Origin: Psammoneis japonica
Taxonomy: Eukaryota
Direction: 5' to 3'
Assembly (NCBI GenBank): GCA_008632985.1
Contig: QPGO01000361.1
Coordinates: 1 to 40,246 of the forward strand
Length of the DNA: 40,246 nucleotides
Shown: one piece after another, positions 1 to 11,222 of the stretch
Layout of the letters: each line of letters begins with the position of its first letter
Numbering within the stretch: the stretch's first letter is position 1
The notes under the pieces: generated by a model
Database searches by the model: none
What the model was told of the DNA's origin: nothing
The model's input: the letters and a program-made list of their open reading frames with translations, nothing else
Made by a program: the position numbers and the translations under genes

Positions 1-928
1 AAATGAAAAGGACAAATCAGGTGCAGCCAAGTGGAAGGCGGCAATGAGCTGTTTCTTCAACAACTTGGGGTCAAGCAAAGTTGACAAACAACATTGTTTT
101 AATGCCGCTGGTCTGTGGGCCACTGATGTGGTGTGCATGGCTTCTTCATTGGCAATGATGATGAAAGTTGTGTCCTCTTTGCCCAGCAGTTCTTCTTTTT
201 CAAGCTCATTTGAAGGCCAATTTCTGCTCTGAAATGGCATTTTGTGGCAAGGAGCAGTTTTTTTTTGCATTGACAGCATGGCCCACAATGCAGACTCATC
301 AGCCATTGTGATTGTGGGGAGGACAGCTGTTGGTCAGGTGCTGGCACAGAGCCACAAAATGGGGCCTGCAGCAAAGCTGTGGTCCATTGCAGCCCTTGTT
401 TCTGCTCCATTGCTGTGCTCATGAATGAAGGTCATGACTGAGGAGTGGCTGGTGACTTGCTGGATTGCTCAAATGATGATTCGGGAAGAAAACTCTTGGC
501 ACATTTGACTCAAGTTGTGGGCACACAAAAAACAGCTGGAATTTGACCCCCCTGAAGCCATGAAGCACACAAGACATGAGCATTGTCCTTCTCCCACTTT
601 TTAGATCAATGTCTTGAGCATGCAGCAGGCAGGCATTGCTCATGGCACTCCTGGACATTTGAGGGTGGAGCTGACTTTTTGCGAAGCACACTTGCAACAA
701 GGGAAAGTGCAAGAACTGATTTTCTCAGAGATGTTGTTGGTTGTTGGCCAGCAGCAACCTCCATTTCACAACCCCAAAGGTGCTGTTAACTTTGCATCTA
801 TTTGTGGGTGTTTTGTTGAAAAAGGGGGTTTGTTTTTGCATGTGTGAAAGCATGATGGAGCTGGGTCTAAGCCATGTCATGCTGCAGCAGCATGAGCACA
901 ATTGATTTTGTGTCACATCCATTCTTTA

Positions 929-1450
929 ATTGCACTCAATTCACCACAAGTGTCAAAATCCCTTGATGTGCATTGACACTCTGCTTGAGACAAATGACTG
1001 TTTGCTTGAGCACCCACTGAGTGCCAGTCATCATGGCAAATCACAGATCACAAAAGCCTTTGATTTTCTCGAAAATCTTGAGATTCGCAGGGGCAGGCAA
1101 GGTTGGGTGTGTGTGTCAAGGAAGAAGCCAACTGCCTGGTGTGCTGTGGTGCTTTGAGTGACACGCTGATGCAACACCAACAAGTGTGCTCACTGTGCAA
1201 CACTCTCCACACAAACTCTCCAAATGAGCTGCTCCAGTGACATGACGTCACTCCAAAAAAAGCACCAAATGTGCTTCCGTTGCCATTTGCCATCTTTGTG
1301 ATTCTGTCACTCTTGAGGGTCCTGTCATTGATTGTGCAAAACAATTGGCTTCATGCCAAGTGCATGAGTGTGGTTGAGAAGCATTGTTTGTTTGGTCCCG
1401 TTGATTCTCACACCCACAATTTGAAAGAAGATGTCTGCCACACCCATTCT
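929..1450 (+). pseudogene. Decayed copy of the upstream region and 5' end of the GT32 gene at 3228
   Basis: ORF 1271..1453 (FAIFVILSLLRVLSLIVQNNWLHAKCMSVVEKH) aligns with FAIFMILLLMRVLSLIVQNNWLRTECMSAVEKH of ORF 3228..4667. The upstream DNA aligns with ~2895-3230. Confidence 0.9.
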
Positions 1451-1456
1451 TGAAAT

Positions 1457-1560
1457 TGCAATCAATTCACCACAAGTGTTAAAATCACTTGGCGTGCACT
1501 GACACTCTGCTCAAAGACAAATGACCATCCACTCAAGCACTTGCTGAGAGTGCCCATCTA
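1457..1560 (+). repeat. Second decayed ~100-bp copy of the GT32 upstream segment (direct repeat of ~929-1030)
   Basis: Both places read caattcaccacaagtgt..aaatc..cttg..gtgca.tgacactctgct...gacaaatgac. Also similar to 2895-2995. Confidence 0.85.
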
Positions 1561-3227
1561 TCAGCATGCTTGTTCTCCAGGAATTCATGCTTCCCACGGA
1601 GGAACACGGCAAACCAAACACAGCAATCCTGGGGAATTTTGGGGAATCTCACAGCAAAATGCAGCTCACAGCAAGCACACTGCACCTTGAACTTTTTTTG
1701 CACATTGTGGTCAGCAAGGAAGGCTCTGCAGGCTTGGCACTCATGTGAGCAGGGCATTTCTGGGATGGAGTTTTGGAGCTGTGCGCAGCTCTTGTCAAGA
1801 GCGAACAAGAGACAACAGCCCTCATCAACTGTCTTTCATGATGTCAATGTGCTGCACTCCTCTGTCCTGCAAGCCACTGCAGCTGTGCCAACAGAAAAGT
1901 GGGAGTTTGACACACATGGGCTCCTCAAGAATGCCTGGGAAAAGGGTTGAGTGACCTGTGCAGGAGTCCAAATGGGGCACAAGTGCTTGGGCACATGTTT
2001 CGTGTGTGTTGTGCAAAATTGTGAGACCATTTTGCATGGAGTGCGTGCATGTGCAACAGTGGGACATGCAGAGCTTCAGTCTTTCCATGGAACCAATCAC
2101 ACTTGGCACTGTGTGTGTGTCCCACGCAGACCCTTCATGCAAGGTGAGTCACTTGCGCGATGGCCAGTTGCGCCGGTCTCAGTCGCATGGATCTCATGCA
2201 GCCACCCCTTGTGGGATTCACACTGGGAGTTGCATTTTCTAATGCACACTTCTGTGGGATCAGCATTGCTGTGGACAGCCTGCAGATGCAGGAAGGTGGC
2301 ATCATCACTTGGCGGCTGATGCTGGACAGTTGGCAGCACAAAGCTGAGATGTCCGGCCTCCTTCCACAAAAAGACCAGTCTCCTGCATGACTCAACAAAC
2401 AAGCAGAGAGATGGTGCCAAACAAGGCTTTGGATGTGCACTGAGCAGAATCAACAAGATGCCCATCTTTCCTTGCTTGAAACATGCTGAGAAAACTGACA
2501 AATGAGCCGACCATCTCGGCTGGTGCCTCCAGGCCCCTTCTTCAACTCAGTTTTGTCTCTTGTCTGTGCAGCAACAAAAAAAGAAGTGGGCAGATGAGAG
2601 GGGCTGCAGAACAAGAAGACATCCTGGGGAAAGACATTTTCAAATGGTGGATAAGCTGGCAAAATCCGCAACGCACTTCACACAAGTTTTGTGCCTCCAG
2701 GTGCCTTTCTCTGCTTTCCTGCTTCTCGCTTCTCGCACCACTCGCTGTGCACTTGCTGTGCAGTGCATGTCGTACCGTATCGTGTCTGTGGTTGGCAAGA
2801 CATTATCATTTTTTATGAGAGTGGGTCATTGCTGTTGTTTTTGAAATTTTTTTTATTTATCATCGGATAGTAAGAATAAGTATAGAATAAAGTATAAGTG
2901 TTAGAATTACTTAACATCTATTTACCTTCTATTAAGTAAAATTATGTCTTTGTTATTTATTGCAAACAGCCGTCCACTTAAGCGACCAACGAGTGCCGGT
3001 CATGACAGATCACAGATCACAATCGATTCAGATTCTTCCGAAAATTTCTCGCACACAGCAACAGCGAAAGATCTCAGATCGCACAAAAGGTAGGGGGTGT
3101 GTGTGTTGCCCGCCGGTGCTTCGGTGCTTTTAGTGCCGTGTTGAAACGACATCGATAGATACGCTCACTGTATCGTACTCTCTATACTGTCAGTAAACAG
3201 ATCCGTCGAACGAATTACTCCAACAAC

Positions 3228-4667
3228 ATGACGACACTCCGCAACAAGCACCAAACACGCGTCTCCTTTCGTCGAATAGTGATAAAACCTCCGTTGATAT
3301 TTGCTATCTTTATGATTCTGTTACTCATGCGGGTCCTGTCATTGATTGTGCAAAATAATTGGCTTCGGACCGAGTGCATGAGTGCGGTTGAGAAACATTT
3401 GTTTGCTCCCGTCGATTCTCACAACGGCAATTTGAAAGAAAAGGTTGTGCAACCAAATTCGTCCGAAAGAGTTCTAGCCAGGGGGGATGATGACAATAAT
3501 GATAAGTTTCAAAACAACGACATTCATGACCTTGAGGAGAGCTTCCGAGGTATGGGAGTAAAGTATCTACGTCGCATCCCCGTTGTTCCTTCCAACGAAA
3601 ATGATGAATCGGATGATGATGATGACGATAAGAACTCCGACGAAGACGTAGCAAAATCAATCCTTGCTCGTATCGCTAATGGCGTGGGAAACGACGATGA
3701 TGCATATGATGATGATGATGCAAACAGAAATGGCGATAGTTATGAGGACGACGACGATTCGGATGGCGATGGTGATAATTCTTACAACGATGAAGATATC
3801 TTTGTGGATGACAAGAACAACGCCAACGAGCCTCCTCCTCCTTTTCTCATTGTCAAGCCAGATGCTTCCATCGAGAAGATTGCAGAATTGCCCGTCGCGG
3901 CGACTGTTTCAGCGGAAGAAACTATTCCCCCGATTTTCCATTTTGCATGGCTGTCATGCAAAACCATGAGAGAGGGAGAGGCCAACAACCCCCCCGATCA
4001 CGTCATGAAAAACATGGCGAAATGGCAAAAGGTACACGCCAAGAATTGGACCACGGTTCTTTGGAACAACGAGATGGTTGGCCTTCACTTTCCACACTTG
4101 GTCGATTTGCTTTCGACCGTTTGGAACGAGTCGTGGGCGTCCGATATCGTCCGCTTTGCGGTTCTTGACAAGTTTGGTGGCATGTATCTAGACACGGACA
4201 ATGAGGTTGTACGACGCGTTGATCCAGTGGTCAATCAGTACACTTCCTTCACGGTCTGCCAGGGCCCAAGGACGGATGCTCCGGACGTGTCGCATCTCAC
4301 AATGCCATATGGAGGCTGCAAGGGCGTCGGTACTGCTGTCCTTGCAGCTAGAAAGGGCAGTGAATTCATAAAGGATGTATTGAATAACGCCATCAGGAAT
4401 TCCTGGATGACAATCAAGAACAGCATGGACTTTACACTGTATGTTGCGGGACCATGGATGCTTTCCCAATATACCTTCAAGCACAACATTGCCGTTTTGC
4501 ACGCCACCACCTTTTATCCGTGCGATGGCTACTGCTCCGCGAAACAGAGGCCGATATCAAGCTTCAAGAAATCGAAAACGACCTTTGGGGTGCACAGAGG
4601 AGCGCATTCTTGGAGAAATAAGATTACAAAAGATGACAGGCACGAAAAGATAATTACAGAATGGTGA
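3228..4667 (+). CDS. GT32 / OCH1-like DXD glycosyltransferase, type II membrane protein with an acidic stem
   Basis: 479-aa ORF with an N-terminal TM segment, an Asp-rich stem, and the motifs IPPIFHFAW and SDIVRFAVLDKFGGMYLDTD typical of the Gly_transf_sug family. Confidence 0.88.
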   Translation: MTTLRNKHQTRVSFRRIVIKPPLIFAIFMILLLMRVLSLIVQNNWLRTECMSAVEKHLFAPVDSHNGNLKEKVVQPNSSERVLARGDDDNNDKFQNNDIHDLEESFRGMGVKYLRRIPVVPSNENDESDDDDDDKNSDEDVAKSILARIANGVGNDDDAYDDDDANRNGDSYEDDDDSDGDGDNSYNDEDIFVDDKNNANEPPPPFLIVKPDASIEKIAELPVAATVSAEETIPPIFHFAWLSCKTMREGEANNPPDHVMKNMAKWQKVHAKNWTTVLWNNEMVGLHFPHLVDLLSTVWNESWASDIVRFAVLDKFGGMYLDTDNEVVRRVDPVVNQYTSFTVCQGPRTDAPDVSHLTMPYGGCKGVGTAVLAARKGSEFIKDVLNNAIRNSWMTIKNSMDFTLYVAGPWMLSQYTFKHNIAVLHATTFYPCDGYCSAKQRPISSFKKSKTTFGVHRGAHSWRNKITKDDRHEKIITEW

Positions 4668-5789
4668 CGGGTTGGGGCTCCTTTTACGATATGAAACATG
4701 AACTGTTGTTGCTGTGCTGAACGGAAATGTGATACTTTAAACAATTTAAAAAGGCAGACAAACCTCATTTCACCACCTCTTTTTCTTCTGGTCCAAAAGT
4801 GTTCGAAGCAGCAATGAGAATCCACAGCAACACGGCATCCGTCTGGGCTGTGCCTAAATGGATCTTAAAGTTTGAGCCGTGTGTTGAGCAATGCCTGAAT
4901 GCGTACCCGGTTCTTTGAAAGACAGGCAAAGTAGGGTCCCATGATCAACGGTAAAATAACAATGTTCTTGGGGCCAAAGGCACATGTCCTCTTCTGCAGC
5001 AAAACACGAATTTCTCACTGCGAAATCATTGCCGCATTTCCCTTTCATGCCACAGGAGGGTTACCCAGTGGATCGTTTCCATCACAAAATGGGCCATTGT
5101 GTTTCCTTTTATGCTGCATTTACTTGCCGCATGGATTCCATGTGTAATTCAGTGACTCTGTGTTGGGTGGAATCAATTTCAATGAATGTTGTGAGTCTTG
5201 TTTGACTCTGAAGGTTCTCACATGCTCATCAGCTCCAAGGTGCCACCACCAGGCACAGTGTGGTCAATTGGCAAAGAAGGAACTCACTCTTTTCAGGCTG
5301 TTGTGGGTTTGTTCCAGTTGGGATTCTGGGTCTTGCTCAGCAACTCAACGACTTGGCTCTGATGGAATTCAACATTTTCAAATTGACTTGATGCTTCTTT
5401 GACTTGCCATGTGCCTGCAACATCATTTCATTGAAACAGGCCATGATTTCCTCAGCAAAATCAGGCCAGCCAAATTTTCACTTTTGCACTTGAACTCTCC
5501 CCTGGCCAGACAAGGCAGTTCCAATGAAGAAGCCCAAGTCCCACAGTTGGCACGTGGCACTGAATCAGTTTTGATGAGCTCAAACATGATTTTGAGGACC
5601 CAATGATGCCTGCAACAGCTGGGTTCTTCTTGGCATAAAATGTGAACCTGTGGATGCCAAAGAGACAATGAAGGCTGGGTTGCCACCCATGCCAGGCCTT
5701 GGAAGAATGTGGGTGCTGCTCTGCATGTGCAGCCTTGCCAGAGTGCTTCCCACCTGCACTCCTTCATGAGCACACTTGTTGCCTGCTGT

Positions 5790-7100
5790 TAAAATGTGTG
5801 GCCTCATTGCTCCTTTTCACCCACTCTGTTGACTGATCTGACAGGCAAGGGAGCCACTTCAAACAATGGACAGCTGGCACCTGCCAGAGAGCAGTTGATG
5901 AGATGAAGGAAGTGATTGCACCCAAAGCACCACTCCTCACCTGTCTGAATGTAAACCCAACATGCCACATCCACACTGATGCATCTGACTGCTGGGTGGG
6001 TTCCAACTTCATTCAAGATGGTCAGCCTCTCATGGCAGCATGCTCATCTTACAAGCTTTTGCCAGCTCCTTGGCAGCATGCATGGCTGCTCAACAAGTTC
6101 TTCTCTACATTGCATGGGTGCATGCTGGCCACAAAAAACTCACTTCACACACCTTGAATTTGCAATGAGTCCTCAGGTGGCAACTGCTCCTTGAGGAGCA
6201 TGCTCCACATTTTGTTTGCATTGAAGGCAAGGAAAACATGCTCTTGTCTTTTCTTTCTCAGCTCCTGCACTTGGCTCCCCACCTTCAGAGGGAAAGAGGA
6301 AGTCAAGAATTGTCTGGCAATTGCAAAGGCGCAAGCCAGTCAATTTTGCAAACTTGGGTGTGTCAGAATTGACCAAGGATGAGCTTGAGAATGCATGCTG
6401 CTCAAGTGTGTGTGTGCTGCTTGTGAGAACAGCACGCAGTCCAGCAACACCTTTTTGTCCCTTTTTGGTTAGCCAGAGCTGTTCAAGTGCTGCCTTTTGA
6501 AATTGCCCCAGGTTGCAAGAGGGACAGAACCTGACAGAGATGCTGCGGTTGCAGCAGCTCCAGAGTTCAAGGAAGTGCAGTTGAGTTGATGGCAGCAGCA
6601 GAACACAAGAATCTTTGTTGTCAAGATTGTGAACAATTGTGCATTGATTTGTTGTCATCAGCAGCCAACTGGTCCTCCTGGAGCTGGGAAGATTTGCACT
6701 CTGACCAATTTGTTGTCTGACATTGCTGTGTGGTGCCACCATGTGCTTGGCACTGTTTTGTGGAGCCTGACTGTGCAGCTGCATGTGAACACTTGTGTGC
6801 ACACTTGTGTCATCCTGCATTGCACTGTGTTTGCAATGATTGTGGTGCTTGCCAATGTTGCAAGCATCTTGGGCTGGGCTGTGGCAAGCTGTTGGAAAAA
6901 AGGCTCCATTTTTTCTGGCCATGGGCTGAAGCTGCAGTCAATTTGATTGGCTTGCAGATTTGAGTTTAAAGCTCTCACTTGTGCCAATGCTGAGTTTTTG
7001 CTGGAAATTTTGCCAAATGTTGATGTTGAGGAGCCACCAAGCGGCAACTGTGCTGCAGCAACCGTCATCTCCAAATGAGTGCATCAAATGGCATCCAACA
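5790..7100 (+). mobile_element. Ty3/Gypsy LTR retrotransposon pol relic (RT connection, RNase H, integrase)
   Basis: Successive decayed motifs: WPH..LTDLTGKG..WT..CQRAVDEMK; HIHTDASDC..G....QDGQPL; HKKLT...Q*VLRWQLLLEEHAPHFVCIEGKEN; WCHHVLG; CGACQCCK..G.GCGKL....PWAEAAVNLIG. The RT-RH-INT order is Gypsy-type. Confidence 0.88.
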
Positions 7101-7299
7101 TTCTGTTCATTGTGCTTGTCATGTTGGCTCACCTGTCAATGTTCAGCAGGTGAGCAAAACAGCTGACACAGTGCTTTTTGGCTGCAGCTTTGTGTTTGAG
7201 CAGATTGCCCAACAACTGTGCTGCAAAATGATGCAAAAATGCCACCAAACTCATTTGGAATGGTGCATGACACATGGGAGCATGACAAAAACATCATCA

Positions 7300-7500
7300 A
7301 TGTCACAGTCCAGCTGTGCAAGGTCTCACCTGGAGCTGGTGGAGTGCACCAGCAAAGAAGATCCTTTGAGAACTCTGGCTGCCAAGAAGTGTGAAACATT
7401 GTTTGACTGTGCTTTGGGCAAGTGGAAAGGTGATCCCTGCCACAATCTCCAGCTGAAGGATGGAGTTGGGCCATTTCATGCTTGACTGTGTGACGCTCCA
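7300..7500 (+). mobile_element. Second Ty3/Gypsy fragment (segment just upstream of RT)
   Basis: KKCETLFDCALGKWKGDPCH.LQLKDGV.PFHA resembles the Gypsy KYETLFDGTLGKW.G.PY.I.LK.G..PYHA segment. It lies after the integrase, so it is a separate copy. Confidence 0.75.
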
Positions 7501-7629
7501 ATGGCCTTGGAGCCTTTGTGAGCAAAGCGCACATTGTGTGGCTCCTCGCCCCAGCCAAGCATCACACACAGCAGCCAACAAGCTGCCGGCTCCACGCCAA
7601 GGTGCAAACAATGATGGACAGATCGAGGA

Positions 7630-8370
7630 ATGTCAGACATGATGAGAGTCAAGCAAAGCGTGAAGGATGGACGTCATGTGGAGCCCAGCTCTCACCAGAG
7701 ATGCAATCATCGAGCACGTGGTGCCGAGTGCTTTCTTGGATTGTGCTTCGAAGTGCAATCCTCACCGCCTCTAACGCATCCGCTGGAAGCATCTGAGGAT
7801 TGTGCAACATCTCGTCTGCCAATCCTGCTAGAGCTTGGCACATCACTGAGCGATGGAGAGCTCCAAAATCCTTGTGGTCTCGGTCTCCGTTGAACTCATC
7901 GATGCCCCATTCCAATGGATTCTCTGCCATTTCCCGTTGCTCTTTGTCCTAGTGCTGAGGAAGAATGAACTTTCGTGGCTTCACCATTGTGTGCCAGGAG
8001 AAAACGAATGAATGCCTCAAAGGCAGAAACTCTCTTTGTTTGTGGTGGTTTCACTCGAAAACTCGACCCAATGCGGCGAAGGCTGCCGAGAGTCATTGCG
8101 GAAGATGTGCTGCCACCAGCCAGAGAGCAGAAGGCCACCACACCTGAAATTTTGGATTTGTTTGGCACTTTGCCATGCCAAGGGCCTGCCACACTGAAAT
8201 TTTCGACTCTGTCCAAAGCCACATTGGATTGGCTGCAAATCTCTAGTCTGTCAAAATTGCACCCTGCACATCTGTTCAACGATCTACCACGCGCGTGCCT
8301 CTTGTCACTCTGTCTCCACTCCACTGCACCGCATCTCGAAGCTAGCCAGCTGGCTCTCTGGAGGTGTGCT
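7630..8370 (-). pseudogene. Relic of an unidentified protein-coding sequence (TA-depleted, CpG largely retained)
   Basis: Overlapping ORFs 7896..8324 and 7649..7930 read like a globular protein but contain no Tyr, with His/Cys where Tyr would be plausible. Family not recognised. Confidence 0.45.
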
Positions 8371-11222
8371 CTCTAGAGCAGAGCGGAACCTGACTCCTGC
8401 AAATGTGCTTTGTGGCGGTGTTCCTCACTTTTCTGAGCTTTTGGCACATTCTTGGCATTTGCACCAGGAGACATTTCCAACAAAGTGTGAGAACAAAATG
8501 CTTGAACACAAGTGTGCATGTGTGTGCTGGAAATGTCAGTTTTGAGTTTTGTGCCAGCTGAAGTTGACACCCTTTCACAAAAAAACAGCGCTGAACCCGT
8601 GCATGTTTTCTGCCTGCAGGGCAGGCATGAACACATGTGTGCCAAGGTCATGATGCTGCCAAGCTTCATGTCAGCACTCATCACATTTTTCTGCATGATT
8701 TGCAGGAAGCTGTGCCCTTCTCAACTGGGGCAAGTTTCTTTTTTGGTGCCTCACACCCATCTCAACAACTCACTCTTGCACATGAATCTCCCACTCAGGA
8801 GAGCAAATCCTTGTGAACAATGGCGCTGTTTGCTGCATCTGCTGTGAAAAGTGCTGCTGCTGCCAGTGGAGTGGTGCCTCTGCCATGCCTCCTCTCCTGG
8901 CGGCCTTAAAACACCTTGTGCAGAGAGTGTTTGGGTGTTGCACAACTGCACCAGCACTGCCAGCCCTTTGTTCAACCCAGCTGCTTTGCCCTCAAAAGCC
9001 AGCTTCACCTCCAATGTGCTGCTGTGAAGAGCACAATGGCTTGTGTTTGAACCTGGTCCATGATCTGCTGACAACCGGCATGCCCCAGAGGTCAGCATTC
9101 TTGAAGCACTGCAGTTAACAGCTGCAGGTCTCAACTCACCCCAAAGATGATTTTTTGGAAAACACCACCCCTGATGAACATTTTAAGTGCTGCTTCAATG
9201 CCATCATGTGGAAAGCTGTGGCTCCTAAAAAAAGCCCTTGGCAGTCTCACTGGCTTGAAATTTTGCAGCCTGCAAAGCCAGAAAACAAGTGGAAAAAGAA
9301 CAAGCATTGTCAGCTTGGTCAGTTTTGTGCCCCTGGTGGGCACAGATCTCTGCAGTCATGTTTGCCTGCTCAGTGCAGCAGAGCCATTCAATCTCATGCA
9401 CTGGCAAAAACTGGCAAGACCTGGTGACAAGTGCTGCTCTTTGGCCAAAATGACAATGCTGGCTCTGGTTGTGTCACTCAATTTCTTGTCCACATTTTTT
9501 TCTGGACTCACTCTGGTGCTGCATGCATCAACCAACTCATGCAGCCTGTGACTGTGCTCTTCACTCTTGCTGCTTGCTTGTGACGTCCCGTTGAGCACAC
9601 ACACAAAAGCAGCACTCATGATGTCCATGTGCCCACTCTGCACATTTCCAAAAATGTGCTCTCTTTGCATCCATGCTGATCTCCAAAAATGTGAGCCTTG
9701 CACCAAGTCTCTTTGTGAAGTCCCTGTGCCAAAATCCTGCTTGTTTCCATGGCAGAGTTTTTTTTACAAGTGACACTTTTGTCCAGACATTCTTTTGGCA
9801 ATGACTTCTTCCACCTTCAATGACTCTGCTTGACTTGCTCCCAGCACCACTTCAGTTTTCTTTTTGGTGCACATTTCCTGCTGATGTGTGCTTCCATGTT
9901 TTTTGTTTGGCAAACATTTCTTGCAGCTGTGTTTGCTGCTTTGGTGATCTTGCACAAAAAGAGCTCTTGCCATCAGCATGTCTAGTTTTTGTCATTGGCT
10001 CACACCAAGAGAGCACGATCTGTTTTCTGACAAGTTCATTGGCAAAACAGCAGACATGTGGTTGCATCCACGGGTTGTCAACAAAGCAGCAGTCAGCCAC
10101 AAGCAGCCACAAGGTCATTTGTGAACCCAAAAAGTCAAGCTTCTTTGTGAAATTCTGCTGGGTGATGGCAATTGGAGAGCTCATTTTGACTCTCCAACAC
10201 TTTGTGCCTTGCAGGGGTTGTGAGCTCCAACTTGAGCTTGGGTCAAAAAATGCACCCAACCAATGAAAAGGGCTTTGTTGAGCCCCATTTCTGGTTGCAG
10301 TGTGCAAAAATTCTGGTGGCGCACATGCCCATGTCATGGCAAGATCTGCAGACCACCAGGGTCATGATGAGCAGCAAGTTTCTTTGTCAACTGGTGCTCA
10401 TTGTGTTGTGCCAAGCACATCAAAATGCTCGTCTCCTTCCTCTTGCAGCCAAGTGTTGTGCATCTTTGCTTGGGCTGCCCAGCTGATGGATTTTGCTGAG
10501 TTGTTCTTCTTGAGCTTTTTTCACACTTCTTCTGGCCAGCTGTGGCTGGTGTTGTCCAGTCAGTCAACAAACAAAAGAGTCACTGTTTGGAGTTGATGCA
10601 ACTCAACTTCTCATTGTTGGCGCATCATGTGTTTTCCTCATGTGGCAGTCATGCAGCACACCATCTCTTGTTTGCACAATTCAGAGAGAGGGGCAGAGTT
10701 TCACACACAACAGGTGGTTCCAGGTGAGCCCTTGCTTTTTAATGCTGCTCCAGAATTTCTCACAGAACAAAACACTTTCATGTCATCATCATCACATGAC
10801 AAAGTCATGTCATTCCTTGCCAACAATGCTCAGTGTTGACAAGCCAGCAATGAGTCATTGGGGTCTGATGAAAAATGATCATGTCTTTTTCTTCTGCTCT
10901 GCAGTGATGCTGCTGGCTACAGGCAATCTTTGTCATGTCTGTTGAGTGAATCTCTTGCAGTCATGTGCCTGCAGCACTTCGTTTGTTCAACAAGCACCTT
11001 GGCATTAAGCATCTTGCACCCTTGCTTGCTGTTGCAAGGGGATAACAAAAGAAAAAAGAGGTGCGACGCGGCGAAAACTCGGCATGGTTGCGGCGCAATT
11101 ACAAAAAAGAGGCAGTCTGAAGAATCATCCATGTACATTATAGTTTGTCATTTCAGCGCAAAAGTAGCCAAAAGGAACCTTAATGACTCGAGTGGCATTA
11201 GAAATATCCACCTTTTAGCTCA

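Larger units (their letters stand above)
1..2760. other. TpA/CpG-depleted, TpG/CpA-rich hypermutated block A (decayed repeats and gene copies)
   Basis: About 10 TA dinucleotides in 2760 bp, none in a TAC or GTA context. ORFs are almost Tyr-free and rich in Cys/His/Met. TA-containing sequence resumes abruptly at ~2770. Confidence 0.9.
5150..11040. other. Hypermutated block B (nested transposon and gene relics)
   Basis: TA is very rare and residual sites are mostly TTAA/CTAG/CTAA. Long Tyr-free ORFs, e.g. the 249-aa ORF 6173..6922 has no Tyr. Normal composition returns at ~11040. Confidence 0.9.

Noticed and set aside
1..2760. Ordinary 5mC deamination alone
   Set aside because: It explains CG->TG/CA but not the aligned TA->TG/CA changes or the relics that lose TA while keeping CpG.
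2700..2801. Possible LTR end (...gtggttggcaagaca) at the right edge of block A
   Set aside because: No second LTR copy, primer-binding site or target-site duplication was found in the window.
5790..7500. ADAR-type RNA editing or reverse-transcription hypermutation of retroelements
   Set aside because: Both A->G and T->C occur on the same strand within short stretches, non-retroelement upstream DNA is affected, and TAG (the ADAR-preferred context) is among the most resistant.
1..11040. Classical fungal RIP as the explanation for the mutated blocks
   Set aside because: RIP converts CpA to TpA and enriches TA. Here TA is depleted and CA/TG are enriched.
44..11040. The many 60-250 aa Cys/His-rich ORFs in the mutated blocks as real genes or metal-binding proteins
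   Set aside because: They overlap in most frames, lack Tyr, and are explained by loss of TAA/TAG stops.
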